DNA from: Gekko japonicus
Lineage: Eukaryota
Assembly: GCF_001447785.1 (NCBI RefSeq)
Contig: NW_015167061.1
Location: 589,538 to 653,537, forward strand
Direction of reading: 5' to 3'
DNA length: 64,000 bases
Part shown: in pieces, positions 1-22,696 of the stretch
How positions within the stretch are numbered: the first letter of the stretch is position 1
Layout of the letters: each line of letters opens with the position of its first letter
Position numbers and translations under genes: made by a program
The notes under the pieces: generated by a model
Seen by the model: only the letters and a program-made list of their open reading frames with translations
Database searches by the model: none
Told to the model about the DNA's origin: nothing

Positions 1-62
1 TATCTTGTGCAAAAGAAGAGGAAGTGCGAACCTTTGTGTATCTGCTTTACTCGTAACAGAAT

Positions 63-371
63 TTGGCTGGGTACAGATCTTGCATTTCTGTTTTTAAAGC
101 CCTGTATGGTCAGGGACCTACTTACCTAAGGGACTGCCTTTCCCCACATGTTCCCCAGAGAGCACTAAGATCGGGATCCCAAAACCGCCCGGCCCTCCCA
201 GGCCCCAAGGGTGCCAGACTGGCTATCACCAGGGCCTTCTCAGTGGCGGCTCCATACTGGTGGAACGAGCACCCGGAGGACATCAGGGCCCTGCGGGACC
301 TCCTACAGTTCCGCAGGGCCCATAAAACGGAGCTCTTCCACCAGGCTTTTGATTCTGGTGCTGCCTTTTAA
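63..371 (+). mobile_element. L2-clade LINE ORF2 3' fragment
   Basis: Translation FKALYGQGPTYLRDCL..RALRS..AFSVAAPYWWN..KTELF is typical of the L2 C-terminus and closely matches the copy at 60432-60990. Confidence 0.8.
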
Positions 372-556
372 TACTATGGCTCTGGCCCCCCAACACCAGC
401 ACTAACTCAACGACCAACAGCCTGGCAGGAACCTGAACTCTCTTGGTAGGCGACCTTCCAACATTGAGAGAATGCCGCCATCTTGTATTAAAATCTGTGT
501 CCTTAGCACTGATGGTCTTATACTGTGATTTTAATTGTATTTTGTGTTTTAACATG

Positions 557-591
<35 letters not shown>

Positions 592-598
592 ATAAACA

Positions 599-945
599 GT
601 AAAGGAAAATGTTCCCTTGCTCGAAAGCCAGTCAAATCCGACTCTAGGGTTTCGGTGCTCATCTCCGTTTCAAAGCCAAAGAGCCAGCGCTGTCCAAAGC
701 CGTTTCCGTGGTCATGTGGCCGGCATGACTAAACACCAAGGCGCACAGAACGCTGTTACCTTCCCACCAAAGTGGTACCTATTTATCTACTTGCAATGTC
801 TTGCTTTCGAACTGCTAGGTTGGCAGGAGCTGGAACTAGAGACAGGAGCTCACTCCGTCATGCGGCAACTCGGGTCTTGAACCGCTGAACTACCAACCTT
901 CCACAGCCTGCAGTTCAGCGTCTTAACCACTTGAGCCACCACAGC
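599..945 (-). mobile_element. Sauria SINE
   Basis: tRNA-like head and ACCTTT-like tail on the minus strand; near-identical to five other copies in the window. Confidence 0.85.
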
Positions 946-2129
946 TCAATATATTCTGTAACCCGCCCCAAACATGCCACGGCTGGGAGGGTGGGATACA
1001 AATTTAACAAGCAAAATAAATAATAAAATAAATAATAAAAAAGTAAAAAAAAGCAGAGGACACTTGCAGCTGCGGTCGCAATCCACGGGTAGGAGGCTGG
1101 TGTTTTCCAGCTGTGCCTCTCCACTCTGAGGCCCCCCCGCCCCCCAGGCTCTAAGCTGAGCTGTGCCCAGACCTCGCTTTCGGGGAGAAAAGAACTGGCG
1201 CGTTCCAGCTCCGGCATAATCTCAACTCCAGCCCCGGTGTGGCTCCGAACTGCAGGACAGAACTCGGCTGTTTTCCCCCTTGCTCTCGGCCTCCCCCCCC
1301 CCCCCCCCAAAAACCCAGCGATGGCGAACTTTAAACTGGCTTCGAACAGCATGTTAGTCTTTAAAACAATATTAATACTAGATTTGATTCATTAGAGGTA
1401 CAAAGGCGCTTTCGAGTGTTTCCATGTGTGAGCTTGTTAGTTCTGGCGGGGAAGTTCCTCTGGTGGCTCTATGTGGTTTCAGACAACATTTTAGCACATT
1501 CTTAAAAAATACACCAGCAAGAGCCTTTATGTAAAAATCTCATAAACGTGAAGCGCATAAAAATTAGAGCCTTCCCCCCCTCTACCCCTGTTTCATGTCA
1601 TTAGGATCAAAGTACAGAAGGTAAGAATAATTAAAAAAAAGAAAATCCCTGGCTTTGGCCCCCTCCTCCTAATTAATGTCTCGTGCTCCAAGCAAGCTGG
1701 AAAAATGTGTATTTGGAGTTGTGCGGGAGGCAGGCAGATTATACTTCACACTGTTCCACAAACGTCTGACGGCGGAGAATCTTTCCCTCTCAGAGAAGCC
1801 CACTGCCTAGGTTTCCTGCAATCAGGAAGCACTCTTAGATCAAGAGGCGAGAGCAGTAATTCATGCAGAGATGCAGCAGGCATCTTAGCTCTGCGCTCTG
1901 TGGGTGTGTTGATTGATTGATCCAGCCACATCCGTTATAGAGAGATAGTGGAATCTCCCACCTTCCTTCAGAGACCAGTTAAGAAGGAAGTGAGGCCAGA
2001 ACAGTGACTCATACAGAGATGCAGTGTTTAGTCTCATCTGAGAGTGGGTACATCTGACTGCAGGAGCCTTTTTGCTCTTTCTTGACGCATGCTCTCTGCC
2101 TCAGTCTGTGAGCCATTTATGAAATGGGG

Positions 2130-2330
2130 AAGGGCTGTGGCTCAGTGGCGAACCACATGCTCGGCATGCAGAAAATCTGAGGTTCAATCCGTGTCCTATC
2201 CAGTTAAAGCAGGCAGTCGGTGATATGAAAAGCCTCTGCCTGAGACCCTGGACAGCCGCCGCCGATCTCAGCAGACGATGCTGACTTTATAGGCCAAGGG
2301 TCTGATTCAGTAGAAGGTAGCTTTGTGTGT
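2130..2330 (+). mobile_element. tRNA-derived SINE (related copies near 19050-19190 -, 50098-50290 +, 57720-57830 +, 61070-61205 -)
   Basis: GGGCTGTGGCTCAGTGG A box, GGTTCAATCC B box and a shared CCTGAGACCCTGGA body. Confidence 0.6.
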
Positions 2331-2400
2331 GTTCAGATGCACGTCTTACTGTGGGTCTGTCTCGGGCTGGCTTCTTGTTCCTCAGTATCCCGTCTTATTG

Positions 2401-3407
2401 CGTTACAGGGCTTGGTCGTGATTAGAGCCCGGGGCGACTGGAGCCTTCCCATAAGCCTGGAGTGGGTGCATCCTTCAGATCAGGGTCCCCGAGGCTAGTG
2501 GCTGAAGGTTAGATCCCACAAAGTGTTGCAAGCAGGAATTGGGGTTTTTTGAACAGGTGAGGGCAGGAAGCCATGCTCCCAGTCTTCATTTGGGCCAATC
2601 TAGAAGTCTCCAGATTTTTGGCGGGTGGCGGGGTTGGTAGCATTGCCCTGTGCATCTGAAGAGAGCTCTGAGCCCCCACGGTAGCTCTCTAAGCTAGTGT
2701 CATGCCTGCCCCTGCTGATGTCATGCCTGCCTTTGCTGATGCCCCTGAACAGGCTCCTGAGGACCCTGAACAGGCTCCTGAGGACAGTACTGCAGCAGAA
2801 AGGCAAAGACTGGATCCTGTAGCTGAAAGCTATCTAAGTGGTGAGGAGGATAGAGCCTCCCAGGGAACACCTGCAAGGGATCAGTCTCTGCTGCAGCCCA
2901 GTAATTCATCATCAGACTCGCCTCCACCTGTAACCAGGCTCAGGAATGTAAGAAGACAACAGCTGAGAGAGCGAAGGCAGAATGCACGCATGCGTGCCAG
3001 AAGATCTCTTAGCCCTGATTACTGACAGGATCCTGTCCTCACTCCTGGCTAGCTAATGAGTTGATTAGCTAGCACTGTATATATGCAAGTCTGTTGCCAG
3101 CAGTCATTTGTGCTGGCAACGTCGTTTGTTCAGGACCTGAATCCTTGCATCTCTGCTCCAGACCTTGTGGAATTCTTCTCGGCTTGATCCTCGGCTTTTG
3201 ACCTTCGGCTTTGTTGACCCTGCGTTCATCTCTGACTCCTCTGGTATTGTTGTGATTTATGGATTTGAAACTTTGGTATGTCTGACCCTGCTTTTGGACT
3301 GTGATTTAAACCTGCTTGAACCTTGCTACCTGGTTTGCCCGGCTTGACCTCGGACTGTTCCTGGACTTTTGCTTGCTTGTGTCACGCCCCCTGGTCCTGC
3401 CGTGACA
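2401..3407 (+). mobile_element. Probable solo LTR (Gypsy-like)
   Basis: Starts CGTTAC (TGTTAC-like) and ends CGTGACA. Internal TATA-like TATATAT near 3078 followed by a pyrimidine-rich U5-like segment. No clear TSD. Confidence 0.45.
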
Positions 3408-5761
3408 GCTAGGTCCCAGTCAAGCCCCTGACTTGCTTGCAGCAGTGAATGCAAGAGTTCAGAAGTGTCTTTGACGGACATAACTTTCCTCCGACCTAAA
3501 CAGGGTGGTTTTCTTCAATACAGACAAAACTGAGCTCTTTGTTAGCCCACAGGGAATGGGTTGGAAGGTAAACCATAATGCAGGTTGGAGTCATGTCCTT
3601 CCCCTGGATTTCTGGTGGCAGGAGTTTACCTCTCAGAGCTGGGTCACCTGTTCAAAACCTTCCCTTCCGTGAGCTTCCAACTGTGTCTGGGGATGTTACT
3701 GCGTAGAGATCGTCATGCAGGAACTGGATAGAGTCACGGCTCCCTAAAACAGACTTAAAGCTCTGATTTCTGTATCTTCACGTGGCTCAGGTCACACCCT
3801 CTGTTTTCCACATGGTTTGCGTTGCCCACCTGCCCCCCCCCCGAGACCAATTCAGAATGATGATGTTAGCCATTAAAGCCCTGCACAGCCCGAGTCCCAC
3901 ATACCGGTGGGATTGTCCGTCTCTATGCAAGCCCGAGTGCCGTTTATTGTGAGGGTGCCACCCCTCGCTTGCGGTGGCGCCATCACCATGGCAGGTGATT
4001 TGGTGATGGCAAGGAATGGGACATTTCCTGTGATGGACTCTAAACTGTGGAACCACCTGTCAGAGGAAGCTTGAAAAGGTCCCTTCTCCCAGCTGGCTTT
4101 TGGTTGATTTTTTAAGTCCTCCAGGCTGTTTTTTAAATCTTGAGACATGTGCGGTGTTCTTGATCTTACGGCTACGGATTGCTTAGTGCTTTCAGAAAAG
4201 CATTTACAGCAATCTCAGTGCTTTTAGGGAGTATTCGGTTCATTTGCTTAGTTCTGCGCTCTCTGACCACGAGAGCCTTAAAGCGGCGTTCATAAAACAG
4301 AGGAGTTTGAACTCTTTAAAAAAATTCCCCCCTACTGTTTTCCAAAATACGAGCTTTGTCTGGTTTTGGAATGGGGGTTGGGTGTGCACTCTCTCCCTGC
4401 GGCTCCCGTGTCTCAGGGATCTTTAAATGTCAAAGGATCTCTGCCCCACTCTTCCTTGCTGTTAGTGCTGCATGGGTTAGCATTCGCACGTTGGAAGGGA
4501 CCTGCTGAAGTCTTACCGGGGAAGGGGGGGGGTCTGCTATGTGGGGCTCAGCCTCATGTGTGTACCCGAGTTTTAAAGATCCAGGCAGGAAAAAGGAGTG
4601 TTGAGCATGCTCATTCTTGAATTTGCAGGCACCCAAGTAATCTCTGGGTTTGGGATTATTTTCCCAGGTCTAAACTTGGAGTGCGCGGTGTTTCTGAGAC
4701 GGTTGTCAAGACATTCCACTATGCGCACACAGACACACACACAGTGCCTTGGAGACACAAGGAAGGTGGCCAATTCACTGGTCTGTTCATCATGGGCCTT
4801 TCTTCAGGAGTCTCTTCAGTTTGCAGAGGAGAATCCCCAGCAGCCGTTTTGGCCCCCTCCCCCGTTAATGATGGCAGACTGGTGCAAATCCCGTTTCACG
4901 TGGGCTCCAGCGCGTGCCAGACTACAGAGCTGCCTTGCCTTCTGCAAGCCAGACTCACATCTTCCGTCAGCACTTTTCGGGCAGCGCTAGCGTGCGTGTG
5001 CGAGAGAGGGGGAGAGAACTTGTGGCCACGGTGTAAACTAGGTCAGCAGAAGAGCAGGTGCGGGGGCAGCTCTGTCTGCTAAGCAGCCTTACGGAAAAGT
5101 GTGTTTTGCAGCCCCCGGGGAAACGGCGTTTGCAGTTGGACCTCGCTCTCTCCGTCCGGTGCACGTTAACGCCACAGCAGGCCGCCAGGTGTAGGAACAT
5201 TTAAGCCCAGGCATGGGACTCTGTTTCTGCAAGTGTCGGGCTTTCGGCTCTTTGCCGTCTGCAATAAATCAAAATATCGGGTCTTCACGAAAGGAGGACA
5301 GCTGAACCAGCCGGTTCCTCTGTTCCCTTTAGTCTTAATTAGGCAACCTCGCTGGAAACGGCGGGGAAAAAAGGAATCCGCCAACCTCGCTCTGCGGCCT
5401 CGTCCGCGAGGGAAGGGGAGCTGGGGAGGGACCCGGCTATAAAACACAGTTTTAAGTTTCAGCCGGATTTCTAGCATGCTCTTTTAACAGCTTGTTGCCA
5501 TTAATTGGAGCCGGTGGGGTTGTGCAACTTGCGATGAGGAATTCTGCAGCGAGCGCAGAGGGAGTTTTCTTTGGACAGCGTTTTTCAGATGTGATGTGGG
5601 GCGGCTGGAGCTTCCTTCTGCTCTGCCCTGCTCAAGGAAGGTGGGGGTGAGTCTTGAGCCAGGAAGCATTTTCAGAAAAGAGTCAGAAGAGGCCTGACCA
5701 GGTGTCCCTGGTGTCCCCAGCCCTGAGCTGGGCACTGTGGGCATCGTGCCCGGGCTCTTCC

Positions 5762-6390
5762 TAGAATCAGGGAATCCCTGCGTTGGAAGGGGCCCCGCAG
5801 GCCATCCAGCACAACCCCCCTGCTCAGGGCAGGATCAGGCTAGAGCATCCCTGACAAGTGTTTGTCCAGCCGCTGCTTGGAGACTGCCAGGGAGGGGGAG
5901 CTCACCACCTCCCGAGTTGTACAACTCGTTGACTGTAAAAAAAAATTCCCCCTAAGATCCAGCTGGTACCTTTCCGCCCTTAATTTAAACCCAGTAGAAT
6001 CACAGAATCACAGAGTTGGGCCATACAGGACCTCCAGTCCAACCCCCTGCTCAATGCAAGATCATTCTAGAGCATCCCCGAAAAGTGTTTGTCCAGCCGC
6101 TGCTTAAAGACTGCCAGGGAGGGGGAGCTCACCACCTCCCCAGGCAGCCGATCCTGCTATTGCGCAATTCTGACTGTAAAAAAGTCTCCCCCAATACCTT
6201 CCCACCCTGAATTTAAACCCATTGTTGCGAGTCCTCTCCTTTGCTGCCAACAGGAACAGCTCCCTGCCCTCCTCTAAGGGACACAGCCCTTCAGATACTT
6301 CAAAAGAGCCATCCTGTCCCCCCCTCAGCCTCCTCTTCTCCAGACTGAACATTCCCAAGAAGTCCCTCCGCCTTTCCTCACAGGGCTTTG
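5762..6390 (-). mobile_element. CR1 LINE 3' fragments (two partial copies)
   Basis: Minus-strand peptide FSLEKRRLRG..ELF..RTRNNGFK (CR1 ORF2 end) and an ATTCTGTG-type octamer tail. Confidence 0.8.
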
Positions 6391-7196
6391 TCTTCCCTCC
6401 TGCCTCCCCCACTGAAGAGGCAGGAAACGCCTGTGAGGCTGCCTCGTACCAGGCCCAGGTTGGCACCGTCGTCTGACGGGCAGCAGCTCTCCAGGGTCTC
6501 AGGCCAAGAAAGATACTTGAGAATTTCTGCGATCCTTTTAACCTCCAGGATTGTACTTCAGGGTGCGAAGCTGACGAGGCACCGCCTTTCACGGGACCCA
6601 GGAAGGTTCCAGAAGCAGGCTTCTAAACTAGCCAAGGGTTGCCTGGTTGGCCCAGGCTGAAATAGCTTGATTTTGCACTTGTGCCATCCAAAACCAAAAA
6701 AAGTTACATTCTGGAACCCGTATCTATTATGCAAGATGTGTTTTGAAACTGTGTTGTGCCCCTTTCTTACAAAGCTTTGGGAAGTGGCTTATGGTTGAAG
6801 TACGCCCATGAAGCATCGAAGCTGTCAGTAGAAATCAGTTAAGTCAGCAGGTAGTGGCATATAACAGACCAGTAGGATAATAATGCATTTGACTACAATC
6901 TCCCGTACTCTGCTTTCCCCTAAATGGGATCAAGGCAAGGCAGCGCAGAGACCCAAAATTAATAGAGGAGCCAAAAATAGAGAGTGAGGGATGTCTCGTA
7001 CCCGAATTGGTTCATTGGCAGGTGGGCTACCAGAGTTCAAGAGAAGAGGACCCTGGTTGCCTTGGCAGAGGGTTACCTTGCAGGAAAACCTTCCTGTGGG
7101 CAGGGTTTGGGCATGACTGTAGAAGTTTCCTTTTCTCCCGTGGGTGTCCACTTGACCTCAGAAGGCTGGGCCTTGCATGGAGAAAAGGGCTGTTTT

Positions 7197-7580
7197 AAGA
7201 ACATAAGAGAAGCCAATGTTGGATCAGGCCAACAGCCCATCCATTCCAACACTCTGTGTCACACAGTGGCCAAAACCCAGGTGCCATCAGAAGGTCCACC
7301 AGTGGAGCCAGGACTCCAGAAGCCCTCCCAGTGTTGCACCCCAAGCACCAGGAATACAGAGCATCACTGCCTCAGACATAAGAACGTAAGAGAAGCCATG
7401 CTGGATCCGGCCAGTGGCCCATCCAATCCAGCACTCTATGTCCCACAGTGGCCAAAACCCAGGTGCCATCAGGAGGTCCACCAGTGGGGCCAGAACTCCA
7501 GAAGCCCTCCCACTGCGGTCTCCCAAGCACCAAGAATACAGAGCATCACTACCCCAGACAGAGTGTTCCATCTCTACCTT
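7197..7580 (-). mobile_element. CR1 3' UTR, two tandem copies (same family at 9590-10008 +, 22845-23140 -, 38080-38260 +, 39555-39690 +)
   Basis: Recurrent AAGAACATAAGAGAAGCC..GGATCAGGCC..CACACAGTGGCC unit with a TCTTATGT tail. At 12727-13100 the same unit joins CR1 ORF2-end sequence. Confidence 0.75.
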
Positions 7581-7930
7581 GTGTCCTCAGTCCATCTGTT
7601 CGTGGGAGGAGAGTCCCTTGGTTGCCCTGGTCTCAGGCCTTTTGGGAACTACGCCTCCCGCCCCCTCCCCACATTTCTGTTTCAGCAGGGGCAGGCGTTA
7701 CACCTGGAAAATGCATCTCTGGCCCCATGGAGGACAGAACATTTGTCTGTTTTAAAAGAAGGAAGATGAGTTTCTAGGAAGGGGAATTCACTGCTCACAA
7801 CCGCATCGTGTGTTCCTTCCTGCCAGAGGGCTGTTTTGTGCGTGTTCTGCTGGGGAGGGGGCCGGGGAAGCTGCACTTTGAAAGCCACTGAGGGGGGATG
7901 ATTGTCCATCCCGCTCNNNNNNNNNNNNNT

Positions 7931-17698
<9,768 letters not shown>

Positions 17699-20693
17699 GT
17701 ATCCGCCCCTCCCACTAGCCCGCGAGGTCCACCAGCCCGACACTAAAACAACTCTTAACTTGGCCAAGGGGGAAAGCGGCTTTGACCGGAGCATGCTGGC
17801 TGCCTTCTGACAAACTAACCATTTAGTTTCCCCCCACCCCCCCAAAAAAGTCAGGGTTATTTCGTTCTCCGAAACCCGTGATTGTTCACTGTTTGTTTGT
17901 CACCGCGTGTGGAGTTCCTGGCCTCTGAAACGTGTTAGGATCGTGTGTGTGCGTGTGCAGTGTGTGCGTTTGGTTTGGGCATGCGGGGGTGTGTGTCAGT
18001 GTCAAGAAAATAGCATGGGGGTGTGTGTAACCTTAAACTCACAGCTCTGTGCACGGACTTCTGGAATCTCCGTTCTGTGGAAAGGGAAGGTCACGCGGCA
18101 CTGAAAACGTGCAGTTGTGCAGAAACAACACACCTGCGGCTGGCTTCTCTCACTTTGCTGGACAGTTTCTACTCAACCGTGGAAGGGAAGAGAGGCTTGG
18201 GGGGCCCCTCCCCTCAGTGTTCTCCATGCCCCCCCCCCAAGCTTATGAGCCTTCATTGGGTGTTCCCAACATAACATCCCCCAAAGTGTCATCACACACA
18301 TAAGAGGCTGAAGTCTTGCTGTTTTTTTTTTTTTTTAAGTTATTCTCGAGAGAGAGCCGGCTTTTCTGCACTTCTGTGAGTTCCGCACAAAGAGGCCGGC
18401 TGCAGCAGAGGTTGGGTGTGGCTGGGGGGGGGGGCAGGGAAGAGCAGGGCTTCCATTCGGCCCCGTGGACCCCTCAAGCACCAACGCTGCTCCTTTTCTG
18501 GCATTCCCAAGGGACCAACCAGAAGGCTTTGCCGAAAGGTCTGGCGTGGCGGCTGCTCGGCAGGCCAGCTGCCCTCGGAGCCTGCTGTGTGCTGTGGCAC
18601 AGCCGCCCCTCGAGTCCCCCCCCCCCCCCCCCCCCACACACTCACCCAGCATGCACAGAGAGGTGGTCTGCCTGGGCTGTGGTTGCTCGGGCCGCATGCC
18701 CACGACTAACCGGGAGTCCGCCTGACTTGTCCACTCACTACTGCAGTTCCTAACCGACTGACCTCTTCTTTAGCAGCACCAGTTCGAAGGCAGACAAAAC
18801 CTGGCTTGTGTGGTTGAGGGTGGGGGAAACATCCCAGGAGATGCAGAAGCAGAGCGAACCGTGCTCTAAAATGCTTGTGAATCTTCAAGTCCTGAGATGG
18901 TTGCTGATTGTGGGCGGGGGGGCTTGAAGGCACCTCTGGGCCCAGGAAGGAGGTAGTTTGTTGCTCCTAACAAGCGACGTATACTCCCTGGGCTGGCGGG
19001 GGTACCAGTCACTTCCTGGATTGAATCGGGCCGCCAGTCCCTCAAGGTCAGTCTTGTCTGCTCTGCCTACCTGGTGTCCTCCAGGGTCTCGGGCAGGGGT
19101 CTTCCATGTCTCCTGCTACTTTTCAAACTGGCGATGCCGGGGATTGAACCTGGGACCTCCCGCGTGCCAAGCAGAGGCTCTCCCATCGCGCCCAGGCCCC
19201 TCTCCTCCCAGTGGCCAGGAGCTGCCTGTGCCCCTGCATCCTCTTGGCTACGCATACCCCCCACCCCGGCAGATGCTCGATCCAGGGCATCGCGGAAGTG
19301 CCTGACTTGCCAGCGGCCATCTGCAATACGGGACCCCCTTCACTTCCCTTGGGTTGGCAGCCGGTGGTCTCCAAAGCAGAGCCGGCCTCAGAATGGGCCA
19401 CTGAGGTGGTTCCCTTGCTTTGCTGAACCCCCAAGAAGGGAGACAGAGACAGAAGCGGCAGGGGAGGCGCATGCAGCGTCCTCTTCCTTGCCTGCCTGTG
19501 TAAGATGTACCAAGTAACCCTGCCTCCAGGCACCCCTTTTTCCTGCCTTACTGTGTTCCGACTCTTCTCCGGATGCAAGAGGAGGTCAGCGGCAGAGCGG
19601 GCTCTGCCGTTCCACGGGAGGGTGGGGGCCAGTGTTCCCTCTAAGCTGAGTTAGTGTGAGCCAGCTCACGGTTTTTTAGTCTCCGGCTCACACACTTTTG
19701 TCTCGGCTCAGGAAGGGATGGCTCCAGAGCTAACTAATTTATGCCGCAGCCACATCGCTCGCTCACAACTTGAATGCCAGGAGCTCACAAAGTAGGATTT
19801 TTGCTCACGAGACTCCACAGCTTAGAGGGAACACTCCTTTGTAGCAGCCTCTGTTTCAGCACCTGGCCACCACCCGCTGCTCCTCACGGTTTGGTTTCCT
19901 CCCCTCTTTAACACCCCCCCNNNNNNNNNNNNNNNNNNNNNNNNNNNNNNNNNNNNNNNNNNNNNNNNNNNNNNNNNNNNNNNNNNNNNNNNNNNNNNNN
20001 NNNNNNNNNNNNNNNNNNNNNNNNNNNNNNNNNNNNNNNNNNNNNNNNNNNNNNNNNNNNNNNNNNNNNNNNNNNNNNNNNNNNNNNNNNNNNNNNNNNN
20101 NNNNNNNNNNNNNNNNNNNNNNNNNNNNNNNNNNNNNNNNNNNNNNNNNNNNNNNNNNNNNNNNNNNNNNNNNNNNNNNNNNNNNNNNNNNNNNNNNNNN
20201 NNNNNNNNNNNNNNNNNNNNNNNNNNNNNNNNNNNNNNNNNNNNNNNNNNNNNNNNNNNNNNNNNNNNNNNNNNNNNNNNNNNNNNNNNNNNNNNNNNNN
20301 NNNNNNNNNNNNNNNNNNNNNNNNNNNNNNNNNNNNNNNNNNNNNNNNNNNNNNNNNAGGGAGGAGTAATAGTAGTAGCGATATTTTAGGAGAGGAACGC
20401 CCGGAGTTGTTGTTTTTTTTTTAAAGGATTTTCCCTAAAGTGGCTAGCTAAGTAAAGGGGGGGGGGGGAGGGGGAGGGGGGGGGGGGGGAGCGAAGGGCT
20501 CCACTCGACCCGCCGGGCTGTGTGAGGAGCGCCCCAGCCGGTGAGGGTCGGTGGCCCTGCTCTCCTCTCTTTGAACCGGGGGTGGGGTTGGGAGGGCGGG
20601 GTGGTTTCTATGGAATGCAACAGAAGGGTTATTTTTTATTTGTAATGCTTGAACTTGAACCTCCATCTTTATTGAGTCTCCATACTAAGAAAG

Positions 20694-20699
20694 AATAAA
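20694..20699 (+). terminator. CAPZB: Probable CAPZB polyadenylation signal (AATAAA) at the end of the 3' UTR
   Basis: AATAAA followed by TTGCAC and GT/T-rich sequence, downstream of the gap that likely hides the beta-2 terminal exon. Confidence 0.6.
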
Positions 20700-21368
20700 T
20701 TGCACAAAAAAAAAAACATATCCTGGAACTTCCCCAATTTCTTCCCTTCCCTCTGGTTTGGTTGTTCGTCGCCATCGATGACTTTGCGTATTGGGCTCCG
20801 CACGCCTTTTCAGCCGATGTGTTGTGACGCGTAAGATTGGCTCGATTTTATGCTCTGTGTTTTGTCTGGTGGTGGGGGGCCCAGGCGATGCTCCCTCTAA
20901 GCTGTGGAGTCCTGAGAGCAAAACTTCAACTTTGTGAGCTACCGGCATTAAAGCTGTGAGCGAGCAATTTGGCTGCTGCATCAATTAGCTTGCTTTGGAG
21001 CCCTCCTTCTTGAGCCAAGACAAAAATGTGTGAGCCGAAGGCTAAAAAACTGTGAGCTAGCTCACACCAACTCAGCTTAGAGGGAACACTGGATCCGGGC
21101 CATTGCAGAAAGCCAACAGCCCTCGCGTGTTGGGAACGGATGGTGTTTGCAGAGAGGGCTCCCTGTCTCAGAAAGAGAGAGAGGTACAAGCAGAGAAGTT
21201 CCCTTCTAGTCACCTCCACAGCCCAGTAGGCTATTAAGTAGCCATGTACTACCACAGTAGCACACTATCAAATGGTACCCTCAGCGTGTGCCTGTACTCG
21301 GGAGTCTTTGCTTGGGCAATACAAGAACCACCCCTCAGAATGCTTGTGGGGTGCCTCTGGCTTAGAGC

Positions 21369-21724
21369 CAGGGGCCATTTCCTGCCGGAGCGCACAGGAG
21401 CGGAGCTCCAGCAGTGAGGAGCCCAGGGGTGACAAGCCCCGCCCCCTGCTCCCAGCAGCCCTCAGTCGGGCCACGAGGAGCAGGAAGCAGCCAGGTAAGT
21501 TGCAGAGCTCCCCCCCCCCAGCCCGCCTTCAGGTACAAGCTCTCCCTCCTCTGTGAGGGCAGATCTGTGCGCCCCCCCCCCCAACAGCTAGCAATCCAAA
21601 ACAGTCCAGTGGAGCCTGAGCGGTGGGTGTTGCCTTCTGACACACTTCTGGTGATGTCAGGGTGTGTGGCAAATGAGTCATGCTAATGAGCTCCTGCACC
21701 TCTTCTTCTACTAAATGACCCCTG
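21369..21724. mobile_element. hAT-type non-autonomous DNA transposon
   Basis: TIR CAGGGGCCATTT/AAATGACCCCTG with perfect TSD CTTAGAGC. Confidence 0.8.
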
Positions 21725-21804
21725 CTTAGAGCAGATCGGTTTGTTCTGACTCCCATGTCAACAGGAAGTGCATTTTTATAACTTACTGCTCTGCACTCCA
21801 TGCC

Positions 21805-21900
21805 CTGCTAGCCTGGTCTCACCAGATCTCAGAAGCTAAGCAAGGTTGGCCCTGGCTAGTACTTGGACGGGAGACCTCCAAGGAAGTCCCGGGTCATGAT
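21805..21900 (+). mobile_element. 5S rRNA-derived SINE head or pseudogene (further copies near 42680-42790 and 42835-42950, minus strand)
   Basis: GATCTCAGAAGCTAAGCAAGGTTGGCCCTGGCTAGTACTTGGACGGGAGACC resembles the 5S internal control region but is diverged. Confidence 0.7.
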
Positions 21901-22264
21901 GCATCAAGGCCTTGAAAACCTTTGGCGTCCTCTCCAGTGGGCTGCGGGTGGATGGCCCTTCCCCCTTCCACGTGCTCCGTGAAGTGAACAGCACGGTTCC
22001 TAGTGTTATTGACAGGTCACTGAACAGGCTTGAAAATTAGTTGACTCGCCTTTGGGGACCAAGGAGAGTTTTTGCCTGCAGCCCCTACCCGTGGCCTTCC
22101 TCCCTGGGTGGCCCTTTGTACACGGCTGCTTCAGCTCTGCAGATCTACAGGCAGACATCAGTCCTTTCCCAGTCTCATTTAAAAAGTTGTTGCAATACTT
22201 CAGGGGTGGAGAGTCTTCCTCTGAGGAAAGAATTAACCTGCACAGCAAGAGACCGGATAGGAGC

Positions 22265-22270
22265 TTTATT
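22265..22270 (-). terminator. SLC66A1: Candidate SLC66A1 polyadenylation signal
   Basis: AATAAA on the minus strand about 430 nt after the stop codon. Confidence 0.5.
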
Positions 22271-22696
22271 TGTGCCCCTCCCCGCGGCATATAGACTGAC
22301 GTACAATAAAAGAAAAGTCCCGTACGTGCACAACAGAGGACCCCCCCCCATCCCAAACAAAGAGAGGTGGAACCTGATGGGTGAAGACAAAGATCCACAA
22401 AGAGGTAGCTTCTGCCATTAGCACCAGTAGTGATCTCCTGTTGCGCTTGAAATGTGAGACCCACATATCCTCCCTTTTTGGTTTTGACAGGGACAGAGAA
22501 CCATGTTCATCTCAGACTTTGTCTGGCTCATTTTTCTTTCCATTTTCTATCCGTTAAGTAGTGCCAAAGGACATGCCTTCTTTGGACCAGGTTCCAGGCA
22601 GAGAGAGAGGCATGAACGGACGTCTCCGGGGTCAGGAGGTCGAAAATCCCTTTTCTTGGGTTTCTCCACCACAGCGGTGGTAGCTGTACTCTTCCG

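Noticed and set aside
6984-7769. 261-aa ORF
   Set aside because: It runs through tandem CR1 3' UTR copies in a CAPZB intron, with no recognisable domain.
17699-17708. GTATCC donor after the CAPZB beta-1 exon as a U12 site
   Set aside because: It continues GCCC rather than TTT and has a strong U2-type CAG|GT context.
21805-21900. Functional 5S rRNA gene
   Set aside because: Diverged, with incomplete ends; a SINE or pseudogene.
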